Below, piece after piece: positions 1 through 9,598 of a stretch of DNA of 64,000 bases (positions are counted from its first letter, which is position 1; each line of letters starts with the position of its first letter). Source of the stretch: Thermodesulfobacteriota bacterium (GTDB lineage: Bacteria; Desulfobacterota; Binatia; Bin18); assembly GCA_964291405.2 (NCBI GenBank), contig OZ219926.1, positions 3,456,001 to 3,520,000 on the forward strand, read 5' to 3'. A program made the position numbers and the translations under genes. The notes beneath the pieces are model-generated. The model made no database searches and was not told the DNA's origin. It saw only the letters and a list, made by a program, of their open reading frames with translations.

Positions 1-248
1 TTTGAAATTCTTGCAGAGCGGCCGACGGTCCGGGTGGTCCGTTTCGTCGTCCCCGCTGCCTCTTGTGGGCCTGATGATTCTGCTCACCAGGCTGTGCTCT
101 CCTGCCTCTCCCCCGCTGCCGCCTGTTCTTACGCATGATATTTCTATTGTTCCTGATCTCCATGCTACCTACAATCTCGATAGACTACAAAATGAAAGTT
201 GCAATCGGCCGCCTGAGCCCCCTGTTTCTTGGGTGACGGCGAGGTGGG

Positions 249-1073
249 CTAGCGTGTCCCTGCCCGTCGGCGCAGCCATTCTACACTCAGCATGAACAGC
301 AGGGAAAAAGCAATCAGCAGGGTCGCCACAGCCAGAATCGCCGGACTGATCTGCTCACGGATACCGGTCCACATCTGGCGCGGCACCGTCCGTTGTTCCA
401 GACCACCCATGAACAGTACCGTCACCACTTCGTCGAACGAGGTGGCAAACGCAAACAAGGCCCCGGAAATCACGCCTGGGGCGATCAGCGGCAGCACGAC
501 GCGCCGGAACGTCCGCAGCGGTCCGGCGCCCAGACTGGCCGCTGCGCGATACAGGTTGGGGTCGAAACCGGACAGCGTTGCGGTCACCGTGATAACGACA
601 AACGGTGTGCCCAGTGTGGCGTGGGCCAGGATGAGCCCCAGGTGGGTCTGAGTCAGACCTAGGTTTGAGTAGAAGAAGAACATACCCGCGGCCGAGATAA
701 TCACCGGAGTGATCATAGGCGAGATCAACAGACCCATGATCGCCGAGCGGCCCGGCAGGGCGGGATGCGTCAGTCCCAGGGCCGCAAGCGTACCAAGCGT
801 GGTCGCGAGCGCGGTGGCCGCCAGACCGATAAACAGGCTGTTGAGGAGCGCGTGTCTCCACTCCGGGTCGCCCACCACATTCTGGTACCAGCGGAGCGAA
901 TAGGCGGAGGACTCCAGACGCAGCATCCCTTCGGTAAAGGTAAAATAGGGTTCGGCGTTAAAACTGAGCGGGACGATGACCACAATCGGCGCAATCAGAA
1001 ACACGAACACCGCAGTGCAGAAGGCCAGGTAGGCAGTCCGGCCGACGCGCTCCCAGGCTCCTCTCGGCGTCAT
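249..1073 (-). CDS. ABC transporter permease, polyamine (PotC-like)
   Basis: Hydrophobic 274-aa ORF with EAA-like loop (YRAAASLGAGPLRTFRRVVLP) and FATSFDEV; last gene of a four-gene ABC operon. Confidence 0.9.
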   Translation of the reverse strand: MTPRGAWERVGRTAYLAFCTAVFVFLIAPIVVIVPLSFNAEPYFTFTEGMLRLESSAYSLRWYQNVVGDPEWRHALLNSLFIGLAATALATTLGTLAALGLTHPALPGRSAIMGLLISPMITPVIISAAGMFFFYSNLGLTQTHLGLILAHATLGTPFVVITVTATLSGFDPNLYRAAASLGAGPLRTFRRVVLPLIAPGVISGALFAFATSFDEVVTVLFMGGLEQRTVPRQMWTGIREQISPAILAVATLLIAFSLLFMLSVEWLRRRAGTR

Positions 1074-1074
1074 C

Positions 1075-2298
1075 TCAACCTAACCTCATCCGTTCGATTC
1101 CCACCAGGCGGTCGTACACCAGATACAGCACCAGGACGAAGGCCAGCAGCAGACCGCCTATTGCTGCGGCCAGCCCCCAGTTCAAGGAAGTCTGCATATG
1201 GTAGGCGATCATATTGGAAATGAGCTGGCCGCTCTGGCCGCCGACCAGGGCGGGCGTGATGTAATAGCCAATCGCCAGGATAAAAACCAGCAGCGAGCCG
1301 GCACCAACACCAGGCAAAGTTTGCGGCCAATAGACCCGCCAAAATGCCTGGACCGCACTCGCGCCCAGCGAAGCTGCCGCGCTCATATGCAGCTGCGGGA
1401 TGGTACGCATGACCGCGTACAGCGGCAGCACCATGAAAGGCAGCAGGACGTGGGTCATGGCGACTATAGTGCCGGTCATATTGTAGATCATGGCGAGGCG
1501 GCTATTGTCGGCGATCAGGCCGAGCGCGACGAACGTGCTGTTGATCACTCCCTGGGTCTGGAGCAGGACGATCCAGGCGGTCGTGCGCACCAGCAAGGAG
1601 GTCCAGAACGGCACCAGCACCAACAGCAGCAGGAGATTCGCCCGTTGCGGTGGGGCATGGGCGATCAGATAGGCGATCGGATAACCGAGGAGCAGGCACA
1701 GCCCGGTCAGGCTCAGGCTTACGACCAGGGTACGCCACAGCAGCGGCAGATAGACGCGATACTCGTCCGGTCGCGGAGCGATGTGGCCATCGCTGCGGCG
1801 TTCCAGGTCCAGAGCGTGCAAATAGTGGCGTGCAGTGAAGCGCTCGCCGGCGTAACGAATCGCGTGCCAGGTTTGTACATCGTCCCAGGCCGCGTGGATG
1901 CCGATCAGCGTGTCACGCCACGATGGACCTTCCGCGTCGCGCATGCGTCGCGCCGTGCGAGTGATGACGCTCCGCAGGCCACCATGCACGCGGTTGATAC
2001 GGGTAGCGACCCGCCCCAGGGTGCGCTCCTGACGCGCTCTGCGCAGTTCGCGTGCGACCGTCTCGAACACCGGCTCAGGCGGAATGTGCACGCCGTCCCA
2101 ATCTTGCAACAGACCCAATGTTTCGGGCAGCGCATCAGCCACCACCGGGTCATACACGCTGCGCGACAGCATGGTCGCCAGCGGCGCCATGAAGGTCAGC
2201 CCGATAAAGGCGACCAGCGGCAGCACCAGCCCTATGGCACGAAGCTGTGGACCGAAAAGGATAAACGTGCCAACACCTGCATGTCTACTGGAGGACAC
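1075..2298 (-). CDS. ABC transporter permease, polyamine (PotB-like); start uncertain
   Basis: LVPFWTSLLVRTTAW, AAASLGAS and GYYITPALVGG motifs; 5' end overlaps a palindromic repeat. Confidence 0.88.
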   Translation of the reverse strand: MSSSRHAGVGTFILFGPQLRAIGLVLPLVAFIGLTFMAPLATMLSRSVYDPVVADALPETLGLLQDWDGVHIPPEPVFETVARELRRARQERTLGRVATRINRVHGGLRSVITRTARRMRDAEGPSWRDTLIGIHAAWDDVQTWHAIRYAGERFTARHYLHALDLERRSDGHIAPRPDEYRVYLPLLWRTLVVSLSLTGLCLLLGYPIAYLIAHAPPQRANLLLLLVLVPFWTSLLVRTTAWIVLLQTQGVINSTFVALGLIADNSRLAMIYNMTGTIVAMTHVLLPFMVLPLYAVMRTIPQLHMSAAASLGASAVQAFWRVYWPQTLPGVGAGSLLVFILAIGYYITPALVGGQSGQLISNMIAYHMQTSLNWGLAAAIGGLLLAFVLVLYLVYDRLVGIERMRLG

Positions 2299-2310
2299 GT
2301 TTACTCTTTT
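2255..2310. repeat. ~55-bp palindromic REP/MITE-like element, copy 1 (inverted relative to copies 2 and 3)
   Basis: AAAAGGATAAACGTG...GGAGGACACGTTTACTCTTTT; shares arms with 42312-42365 and 59228-59281. Confidence 0.75.
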
Positions 2311-3426
2311 TCAGCGAGCCAGCCATGCGCTGAAGCGCTCGTTCATCTCGTCGCCGTGATCTCTCCACCACCGCCAGTCGTGGATCAGAGCGTGGGCGAC
2401 GTTTGCGGGGCTGTTCGGCATATGCGGTTTCATGTCCACCCCGGTTACGAGATGGGTGGCGATCAGGGCCGCTCCCGACTTCCGGGCGGGACTATAGGCG
2501 ATATAGCGCCCGACCGCGGCCAGGGACTCGGTCCGCGTTGCAAAGGTGAGGAACTTCCGGGCCGCTTCCAACCTTGGCGTACCGGCAACAATACCGAGGA
2601 TGCCGTGGTCCAGCACTTGGCCGTCCCAGACAATCACAAAGGGCTGATTTTCCAAGACTTGGGCGTTAAAGATGCGGCCGTTATAGGCTGTGCTCATCAC
2701 GACCTCGCCGTCGGCCAGCATCTGCGGCGGCTGCGCCCCGGCTTCCCACCAGACGATGTGCTCCTTGATCGTGTCAAGCTTACGGAATGCCCGGCCCACG
2801 CCCTCCGGCGTGTCCAGCGTCGCATACACCTGATCCACGGGCACGCCGTCGGCCATCAGCGCGAACTCCAGATTAACCAGCGGACTGCGGCGCATGCCGC
2901 GGCGGCCGGGGAATTTCTCCAGATTGAAAAAGTCCCGGAGCGTCGTCGGTTTGGGGCCGGGAAGGTGGGTCGGGTTATAGGCGTACACCGTGGAGTAGAA
3001 CAGCATGCCGACGCCGCATTCGGTGATCATATCGGGGAAGAAATCGTCCACCGCAGGGGTCCCGTCCGGCGCCGGAGGCAGGTCGGCGGCGGCGATGGGT
3101 TCGAGCAGTCCCTCATCACAGCCCCGCGCCGCGTCGGCCATCTCCAGATCAACCAGGTCCCAGTAGACCTTGCCGGTCTCCACCTGAGCGCGGATTTGGG
3201 CCAGACCGCCGTTATAGGATTCCAGGCGAACTTCAATACCCGTTTCCGCAGTGAAGGGCTCGTTATACGCCTTCTGGCAGGCACGAGCGTAGGAGCCTCC
3301 CCAAGAGACCAAGGTGAGCGATTCGTTGCCAACAGCCGGACGGCTCCAACTCAGGCTGGCCAGCAAAACGAGTGCTGCGGCAGAGACTCCCGAGTGGATT
3401 CGGCTGCGATATAGGCGGGCTGTCAT
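2311..3426 (-). CDS. ABC transporter substrate-binding protein (PotD/PotF-like)
   Basis: Signal peptide followed by LTLVSWGGSY and AYNGRIF; start set at ATG 3426, just after the ATPase stop. Confidence 0.88.
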   Translation of the reverse strand: MTARLYRSRIHSGVSAAALVLLASLSWSRPAVGNESLTLVSWGGSYARACQKAYNEPFTAETGIEVRLESYNGGLAQIRAQVETGKVYWDLVDLEMADAARGCDEGLLEPIAAADLPPAPDGTPAVDDFFPDMITECGVGMLFYSTVYAYNPTHLPGPKPTTLRDFFNLEKFPGRRGMRRSPLVNLEFALMADGVPVDQVYATLDTPEGVGRAFRKLDTIKEHIVWWEAGAQPPQMLADGEVVMSTAYNGRIFNAQVLENQPFVIVWDGQVLDHGILGIVAGTPRLEAARKFLTFATRTESLAAVGRYIAYSPARKSGAALIATHLVTGVDMKPHMPNSPANVAHALIHDWRWWRDHGDEMNERFSAWLAR

Positions 3427-3431
3427 GCTGT

Positions 3432-4532
3432 CTACTCCTCCTCGTCCGGTATCAGGGCCCGGCAATCGATCGGCGTCCAGCCGATCTGGACCCGGTCGCC
3501 CGCCAGCACGGCACCGTGACCGACGATATTCGGGATCTTGATGATGAAGTCCGTGCTGCCACACACGGCCACCCGCAGGCGTAAGTGGTCTCCCAGGAAG
3601 GTAATATCCTGAATATCGGCCTCAAACCGATTGCTGTACAGCTCTGGCTTGGGCGCGAGGCAGACTCGTTCCGGACGGATGGCCAGGGTGACCGGGTCAC
3701 CAGGTTTGCACGGCCCGACCTGGAAGGCCTGGACGATCTGGCCACCGGTCTCCACCCGCGAGATCTCGTGCTCAACACTGAGGACCCGTCCGTGCAGCAG
3801 ATTGTTTTCACCAATGAAGCTGGCAACGAACGGGCGTTCCGGCTCTTCGTACAGCGTTTCCGGCAGGGCGACCTGCTCAATACGGCCGCGGCGAAAGACG
3901 GCAACCCGATCCGACAGCACCATCGCCTCCTGCTGGTCGTGGGTGACGTAGACGACCGTGACTCCCAGGCCGCGCTGGATACGCCGAATCTCATACTGCA
4001 TTTCCTCACGCAAACGACGGTCAAGGGCACCAAGCGGTTCGTCCATCAGCACTAGGCTGGGCTCAAACACCAGCGCCCGGGCAATGGCCACGCGTTGCTG
4101 CTGACCACCGGACAACTCGGTGGACCGGCGATCCTCAAGACCCTCCAGGCGGACGAGTTGCAGCGCCCGCCGGACGCGCTCGCGACGCTGCTGCGGGTCG
4201 ATCCCGCGCACTTCGAGCGGAAACGCCAGATTGCCACCAACCGTCATATGCGGAAACAGCGCATAGTTCTGAAAAACCACGCCAATACCTCGTTTGCGCG
4301 GCGGTAGATCGCGCATTGAACGCCCACGAATGCGAATGATCCCCGAAGTGGGTGCTTCAAAGCCGGCCAGCATCATCAGGCAGGTGGTCTTGCCCGAGCC
4401 GGAGGCCCCCAGCAGGGTCAGAAACTCCCCTTCATGCACGGTCAGGTCCAGGTCGCGCACGACTTGGACCTGACCGTCATAGCTCTTACACACGCGCTCG
4501 AATTCAACGTGGGCATTATGGGTTGAAGCCAT
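3432..4532 (-). CDS. ABC transporter ATP-binding protein (PotA-like) with TOBE-like C-terminus
   Basis: Walker A GASGSGKT, signature LSGGQQQRVA, Walker B LVLMDEPLG. Confidence 0.93.
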   Translation of the reverse strand: MASTHNAHVEFERVCKSYDGQVQVVRDLDLTVHEGEFLTLLGASGSGKTTCLMMLAGFEAPTSGIIRIRGRSMRDLPPRKRGIGVVFQNYALFPHMTVGGNLAFPLEVRGIDPQQRRERVRRALQLVRLEGLEDRRSTELSGGQQQRVAIARALVFEPSLVLMDEPLGALDRRLREEMQYEIRRIQRGLGVTVVYVTHDQQEAMVLSDRVAVFRRGRIEQVALPETLYEEPERPFVASFIGENNLLHGRVLSVEHEISRVETGGQIVQAFQVGPCKPGDPVTLAIRPERVCLAPKPELYSNRFEADIQDITFLGDHLRLRVAVCGSTDFIIKIPNIVGHGAVLAGDRVQIGWTPIDCRALIPDEEE

Positions 4533-4622
4533 GTTGATCCTGTACGGCTGTCCGGGCCTGCGGATATGGGCGACCCGTCCCTTCTAAATGGCAGGTATCC
4601 TGACGTATTCGAGCGAGTAGTG

Positions 4623-5954
4623 TCAAGTTCGGTCCGATGAGGCGTCGCCGGGCGGTTCCATCTGCTGGCCCGTTCTGATGCCGCGTCGTTCGTTCACTGT
4701 GAGCAGCAGCAAGCCGCCAAGAACGAAAAATCCGACCACCGTGGCCACACCCAGGCGTTGGCTGCCCGTCGCCTCGGTCACTATGCCCAGCAGCAGAGGG
4801 CCGGCAAAAGTGGTAATCTTACCGGAAAAGGCGAACAGGCCGAAAAAGGCGGCGGAGTGCTGCTCCGGTACGAAGCGGGACATCAGCGTACGGCTGGCCG
4901 ACTGATTCGGCCCCACAAACAGCCCCAGGCTCAGGCCGGCCAGCCACAGCCAGCCGACGCTGGGCGCCCATACCGCCAGCAGGCTGAACACCGTCAGCGC
5001 TACCAGCGTAACCAGGATGGTGCGCTTTCCGCCCAACCGGTCATCCACAACGCCGAACACGCCGGCGCCGATGCCGGCCGCGACGTTGAGGGCAATACCG
5101 AACTGGATAACCTCTGGCAGACTCATCCCGAACGTGCCGGCCGCGTAGATGCCGCCGAAGGCGAAAATGGTGATCAGCCCGTCATTATACAAGAGCCGGG
5201 CGGCCAGCAGACGAGTGATGTCCGGATAATGACGCAACTGCTCGAACGTGTGCCTCAGCTCGCGGTAGGCCCCCATACGGGGTTGTAGGGGCAATTCATG
5301 AATTGCCCCTACGGATGGTCGGCGCGGAGCGAACACGAACAGCGGCAGGCTGAACAGCGCGAACCAGCCGGCTGCCAGCAGGCAGACCGCCCGGTAGTTG
5401 AATCCGGCCTCGGTACTGATGCCGAACAAGGGCTGCTCACGCGCCAGCACGGCCAGGGCCAGAACCAAGCTCAGCAGGCCCCCAGCATAGCCCAGTCCCC
5501 AGGCCCAGCCCGACAACCGGCCGACCCGTTCGGCTGGGACCAACTCGGGCAGAAAGGCGTTGTAAAATACGGTGCTCAGCTCGAATGCGACATTGGCGAC
5601 CACGAACAGAGACAATGCTATCAGCCCGGCCCAGACCCAGTCCGGGTGCACGCCGGTCAGGCCCGCACTGGCGACGCAGCACACCAGGGTACAGACCCCC
5701 AGATAGGTCAGCCGCTGGCCGTTACGGTCAGCCAGTGAGCCGAGCGGTGGGGCCAAAACCGCTACCAGTATGCCGCTCAGGCCGACCGCGCGTGACCACT
5801 GCACCGTACCGGTCACTTCGTCCGCGGCAATGGCGGTCGTGAAATAGGTGGAATAGACAAAAGTCACCACCAGGGTGGCGAACGCCGAGTTGGCCCAGTC
5901 GAACATCGCCCAGGCGGCTAATGTCCTGCGGGGCTGGGCGCGAGTGGCTTGCAT
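4623..5954 (-). CDS. MFS transporter (UMF1/ATG22-like)
   Basis: AWAMFDWANSAF N-terminus, FYNAFLPEL, GPNQSASRTLM; about 12 hydrophobic segments. Confidence 0.88.
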   Translation of the reverse strand: MQATRAQPRRTLAAWAMFDWANSAFATLVVTFVYSTYFTTAIAADEVTGTVQWSRAVGLSGILVAVLAPPLGSLADRNGQRLTYLGVCTLVCCVASAGLTGVHPDWVWAGLIALSLFVVANVAFELSTVFYNAFLPELVPAERVGRLSGWAWGLGYAGGLLSLVLALAVLAREQPLFGISTEAGFNYRAVCLLAAGWFALFSLPLFVFAPRRPSVGAIHELPLQPRMGAYRELRHTFEQLRHYPDITRLLAARLLYNDGLITIFAFGGIYAAGTFGMSLPEVIQFGIALNVAAGIGAGVFGVVDDRLGGKRTILVTLVALTVFSLLAVWAPSVGWLWLAGLSLGLFVGPNQSASRTLMSRFVPEQHSAAFFGLFAFSGKITTFAGPLLLGIVTEATGSQRLGVATVVGFFVLGGLLLLTVNERRGIRTGQQMEPPGDASSDRT

Positions 5955-6065
5955 GACCGGTCACATAGCAGGGAGCCGGCGCTGTGGCGAGACTGATGAA
6001 CGACTCGACCTTATGACAAATTCCGACTAGTCTACCAATAGTCTGAAGTTCTGAAGGTCTGTTTC

Positions 6066-6308
6066 ATGCCTAGAATCGGCGCTTCTGAAGCAAAAACTCA
6101 CCTGCCGCAACTGTTACGGCGCGTTCAGGTGGGAGAACGATTCATCATTACCAAGCATAATCGCCCTGTGGCCGAGCTGATTCCTTTTCCGCCGCGCGAT
6201 TCCGACAAGGTACGCGCGGCGATTGCCAGGCTGAAGACGTTTCAGGAAACGCACAGTCTGGAAGGACTGTCGGTTCGCCAGATGATCGAGGAAGGGCGCA
6301 AGTACTGA
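6066..6308 (+). CDS. Phd/YefM-family type II antitoxin with no adjacent toxin
   Basis: IGASEAKTHLPQLLRRV..GERFIITKHNRPVAEL is typical of the Phd family. Confidence 0.85.
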   Translation: MPRIGASEAKTHLPQLLRRVQVGERFIITKHNRPVAELIPFPPRDSDKVRAAIARLKTFQETHSLEGLSVRQMIEEGRKY

Positions 6309-6356
6309 TGACCCTCTCCCTGCAGGGGCGAGGGAATATCAAGGCTCGCCTGCGTA

Positions 6357-6677
6357 TCAGGCTCCCGGGGGCCGGTAGGGTACGCTTTTGCCTATGGCCT
6401 CGTCCACGGTCTCGGGTGTCACGAGTACGGTGATACCGATGTTGAGGGCTCCGGCGGCGCCGATCGTCAAGGACACGGCCGATGCCGTTGCATCGTCGGG
6501 CAGATCGGCAATGATGTACAGGTCGGGCTCTCCGAAGGCGTAGTACAGCACCTCCACGCTCCCACCCATGCCCTCAATGGTCTGGGTTAATGCCTCCCGC
6601 CGCCGTGTGCCGCCTTCCTTCAACAAACCGGTCAATCCCGACTGCGTGTACGTTGCGTGAAACATGTATTTACCCAT
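6357..6677 (-). CDS. GYD domain-containing protein
   Basis: YMFHATYT...GGSVEVLYYAFGEPDLYIIADLPD pattern. Confidence 0.8.
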   Translation of the reverse strand: MGKYMFHATYTQSGLTGLLKEGGTRRREALTQTIEGMGGSVEVLYYAFGEPDLYIIADLPDDATASAVSLTIGAAGALNIGITVLVTPETVDEAIGKSVPYRPPGA

Positions 6678-6858
6678 TGGCTTCCCTCCAAATGTCGTGG
6701 TTTTTGATCATCGCGCTCCCGTTGCCTGAATGCAAGCGTCGGGCCGATATTCCGCTTAACGCGCTTAGCTGTCGTCATCGAGTTCCGTCGGAACCGCGTC
6801 TCATTTGCATTCGCGTGATGGGGTGCCGTATGATTCCGAAAAAAGAAGGAGGCTACCC

Positions 6859-8361
6859 ATGCCTGTGCGTATGCCCACCCCTCAGGATTTGCGCGACGCC
6901 GGTCGGCGCTTCGGTTTTGACGTACATGACGAGGAGGTTGACGGCTTCTCGCAGTATATCCGCGAGATGCTGCCGGCCTACCGGCGCCTTGACGAGTTGG
7001 TTGCCCCCACCGTCCCGGTCAAGTATCCGCGGCGGGATTTCGGGGCACGACCGGCGACCGAGGACAACCGGGACAACGGCTGGGCGTGGCGGTGCTCCAT
7101 CCCCGGTGCGCCCGACGGCCCGCTGGCCGGTAAGACGGTGGGGCTGAAGGACCATGTGCGCGTTGCGGGTGTTCCCATGATGAACAGCTCCAGCCTCATG
7201 GAAGGCTATGTGCCGACCGAAGACGCGACGATAGTCACCCGCCTGCTCGATGCCGGCGCCGAGATCATCGGCAAGGTGGTGAATGGCTCGCACTGTTTCG
7301 ACGCAATCGGGCTCAGCATCTATCCTGGGCCGCAGCCGATCAACCCGGCCACGGGCCGCCATTGCGCCGGCGGGTCGTCAAACGGCAGCGCGGTCGTGGT
7401 CGCCAACGGCGATGCGGATATCACCATGGGCGGTGACCAGGGTGGCTCGATTCGTATTCCGGCGGCCTGGTGCGGCATTGTGGGACTCAAACCGACCTTC
7501 GGCCTGGTGCCGCATACCGGGTTGGCCGGCCTCGATCCTACGGTCGATCATACTGGGCCGATGACGAAAACGGTGCGCGACTGCGCGCTGGCCTTGCAGG
7601 CCGTGGCCGGTGCGGACAGTCTGGACCCGCGCCAGAAAGACGTCCAGGTCAAGGATTACACCACCCACCTCGAAGAGGGTGTCGACGGCCTGCGGATAGG
7701 CGTCCTCACCCAGGGTTTCGGTCACGCCCAATCCATGCCTGAGGTGGACGCGGCTGTGCGCGAGGCCGCGCGGGTGTTGGAGCGTGTCGGGGCGACGCTG
7801 GCTGACGTTTCGGTCCCGATGCACCTGGACGGCAACGCGATTCTGTGGCCGCTCATGATTCAGGGCGGGAACGAGACCAATAAGCAGGATGGCTGGGGAC
7901 ACGGCTGGTCGGGCCACTACGCCCTGGATCACGTGAACTTCATGCACCGGGCCGTCAAGGCGCGTGCAAACGATCTGCCGCTGGGCCTGAAGCTCGTGCT
8001 GCTGCTCGGTGAATACACCTACCAACGCTACGGTATGCACTATTATGCCAAGGCGCAGAACCTGACGCGCGCGCTGCGGGCCGCCTACGAGCGGGCCTTC
8101 GAGGACGTCGATGTATTGCTCATGCCGACGATCCCGTTTACCGCCCCGCCCATGCCCGAAGCGGAACTCTCGCCGTACGAGTTTCTGTCGATTTTTGCCA
8201 ACATGATCCACAATACCGGGTCGTTCAACGCGACCGGCCATCCGGCGCTCACTGTTCCCTGCGGCGAGCACGGGGGGCTGCCGGTCGGCCTGCAACTGGT
8301 CGGCCGGCACTTTGAAGACGACGTGCTGCTGCGGGCCGCGTATGCCTATGAGCAGAGCTGA
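6859..8361 (+). CDS. Amidase (amidase-signature family)
   Basis: GLKD Lys, GGSSNGS and GGDQGGSIRIPA motifs; AGGAGG SD before ATG 6859. Confidence 0.92.
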   Translation: MPVRMPTPQDLRDAGRRFGFDVHDEEVDGFSQYIREMLPAYRRLDELVAPTVPVKYPRRDFGARPATEDNRDNGWAWRCSIPGAPDGPLAGKTVGLKDHVRVAGVPMMNSSSLMEGYVPTEDATIVTRLLDAGAEIIGKVVNGSHCFDAIGLSIYPGPQPINPATGRHCAGGSSNGSAVVVANGDADITMGGDQGGSIRIPAAWCGIVGLKPTFGLVPHTGLAGLDPTVDHTGPMTKTVRDCALALQAVAGADSLDPRQKDVQVKDYTTHLEEGVDGLRIGVLTQGFGHAQSMPEVDAAVREAARVLERVGATLADVSVPMHLDGNAILWPLMIQGGNETNKQDGWGHGWSGHYALDHVNFMHRAVKARANDLPLGLKLVLLLGEYTYQRYGMHYYAKAQNLTRALRAAYERAFEDVDVLLMPTIPFTAPPMPEAELSPYEFLSIFANMIHNTGSFNATGHPALTVPCGEHGGLPVGLQLVGRHFEDDVLLRAAYAYEQS

Positions 8362-8376
8362 GGTTCTGGCGGCGAA

Positions 8377-9555
8377 TCAGGGGGGTCCTGGCTGGCCGAC
8401 GAGTTCCCGGGCGAGCCAGCGGTAGAACTGGGCAATGGTTTGCTCGAACGGGCTCAGCGGCCCGCGCGCCGCCTTGCTCGAATGCATAGCCTTGGCGAGT
8501 TCGGTGGTCGCCAGCTTGTCCTGTTCGTTGACGCGTTCCATGATCTCGCGACGCTGCTCGCCGATATCCGGGGCGACTTCGAGCAGGTCCGGCGACGCCA
8601 GATAGCCGCCCAGAATCCCGGTGCGCTCGGGTCCCTGTGGGTGGAAGCTCAACCAGTTGTTGCCGTTGGGCCGCATCGCCATGGTAAACGCCGGCCAGAT
8701 ATAGACCATATACCCGGTGGTGAGGTCCTCTTCGGTGAAGGTGTCCAGACGTCCTCTGGGTGACATGGTGTGGCCACTGGATTTGAGCGCCTCGTTCATG
8801 CGGCAGCGCATATGGGTGAAGGACAAATCCGCGGGCGGCGGCGGGGTATAGGAATTCTGGCCCGGCATATAGTCCTGCACCGTGTCGCTGTGCAGCCCCA
8901 TGTGGTGGTAGTACTCCATCGAGTTCTCGGCCGAGAGCTTCCAGTTGCCGTCCCAGACGGATTCGTAATGAAAAATCTCTTTTTGCTCGGCCACGCGATA
9001 GTTGGCGATATAGCCTTCGAGGGTTTGCATTTGGGCGGCGAGTGGAGGCGCATCTTCATTCAGATTGACAAACAAGAAGCCGAACCATTCTTCGAGTCGG
9101 TAGCGCGGCAAGCCGCATGCATCGCGGTCGAAGCGGCCCACGCCTTCCATATGCGGCGCGGATAGCAGGCGGCCGTCGGTCGCATACGTCCAGGCGTGGT
9201 AGGGACAGACAAACCGGCGCGTGCTGCCCGAGTCCTGCACGAGCGGCATGAAACGGTGCCGGCAGATGTTTGACAACGCCCGAACCTGGCCATCGCCGCC
9301 ACGCACGATGATGAGCATGTCACCCAGGACATCGAAGGCGTAATAGTCGCCCGGATTGGGGGTATATTCTGCGCGCCCGACACAGATCCAGGCGTGCTTG
9401 AAAATTTTCTCGATCTCCAATGCGTACAGCTCGGACGACCGGTAGGCTGCGGGCGGCAGGCTGAGGCAGTCAGTGTCGTCGAGCGAGAGATACTCGCCGA
9501 GCACTGCGAGCAGTTGGGCCAGCGTCGGCTGGGGCGAGACCATGTGGATATTCAA
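8377..9555 (-). CDS. Rieske oxygenase alpha subunit (choline monooxygenase/CntA-like group)
   Basis: CRHR...CPYH Rieske motif; NWKLSAENSMEYYHHMGLH iron site. Confidence 0.9.
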   Translation of the reverse strand: MNIHMVSPQPTLAQLLAVLGEYLSLDDTDCLSLPPAAYRSSELYALEIEKIFKHAWICVGRAEYTPNPGDYYAFDVLGDMLIIVRGGDGQVRALSNICRHRFMPLVQDSGSTRRFVCPYHAWTYATDGRLLSAPHMEGVGRFDRDACGLPRYRLEEWFGFLFVNLNEDAPPLAAQMQTLEGYIANYRVAEQKEIFHYESVWDGNWKLSAENSMEYYHHMGLHSDTVQDYMPGQNSYTPPPPADLSFTHMRCRMNEALKSSGHTMSPRGRLDTFTEEDLTTGYMVYIWPAFTMAMRPNGNNWLSFHPQGPERTGILGGYLASPDLLEVAPDIGEQRREIMERVNEQDKLATTELAKAMHSSKAARGPLSPFEQTIAQFYRWLARELVGQPGPP

Positions 9556-9598
9556 TCACGAAATCAGCCCCAGGAGAAGGTCTCGTGGACTCGGTATG

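Noticed and set aside
1-135. Possible minus-strand gene start running off the left edge (MRKNRRQRGRGRR...)
   Set aside because: Too short and low-complexity to support within this window.
1198-3414. 738-aa plus-strand ORF
   Set aside because: Antisense shadow of the ABC permease and binding-protein genes.
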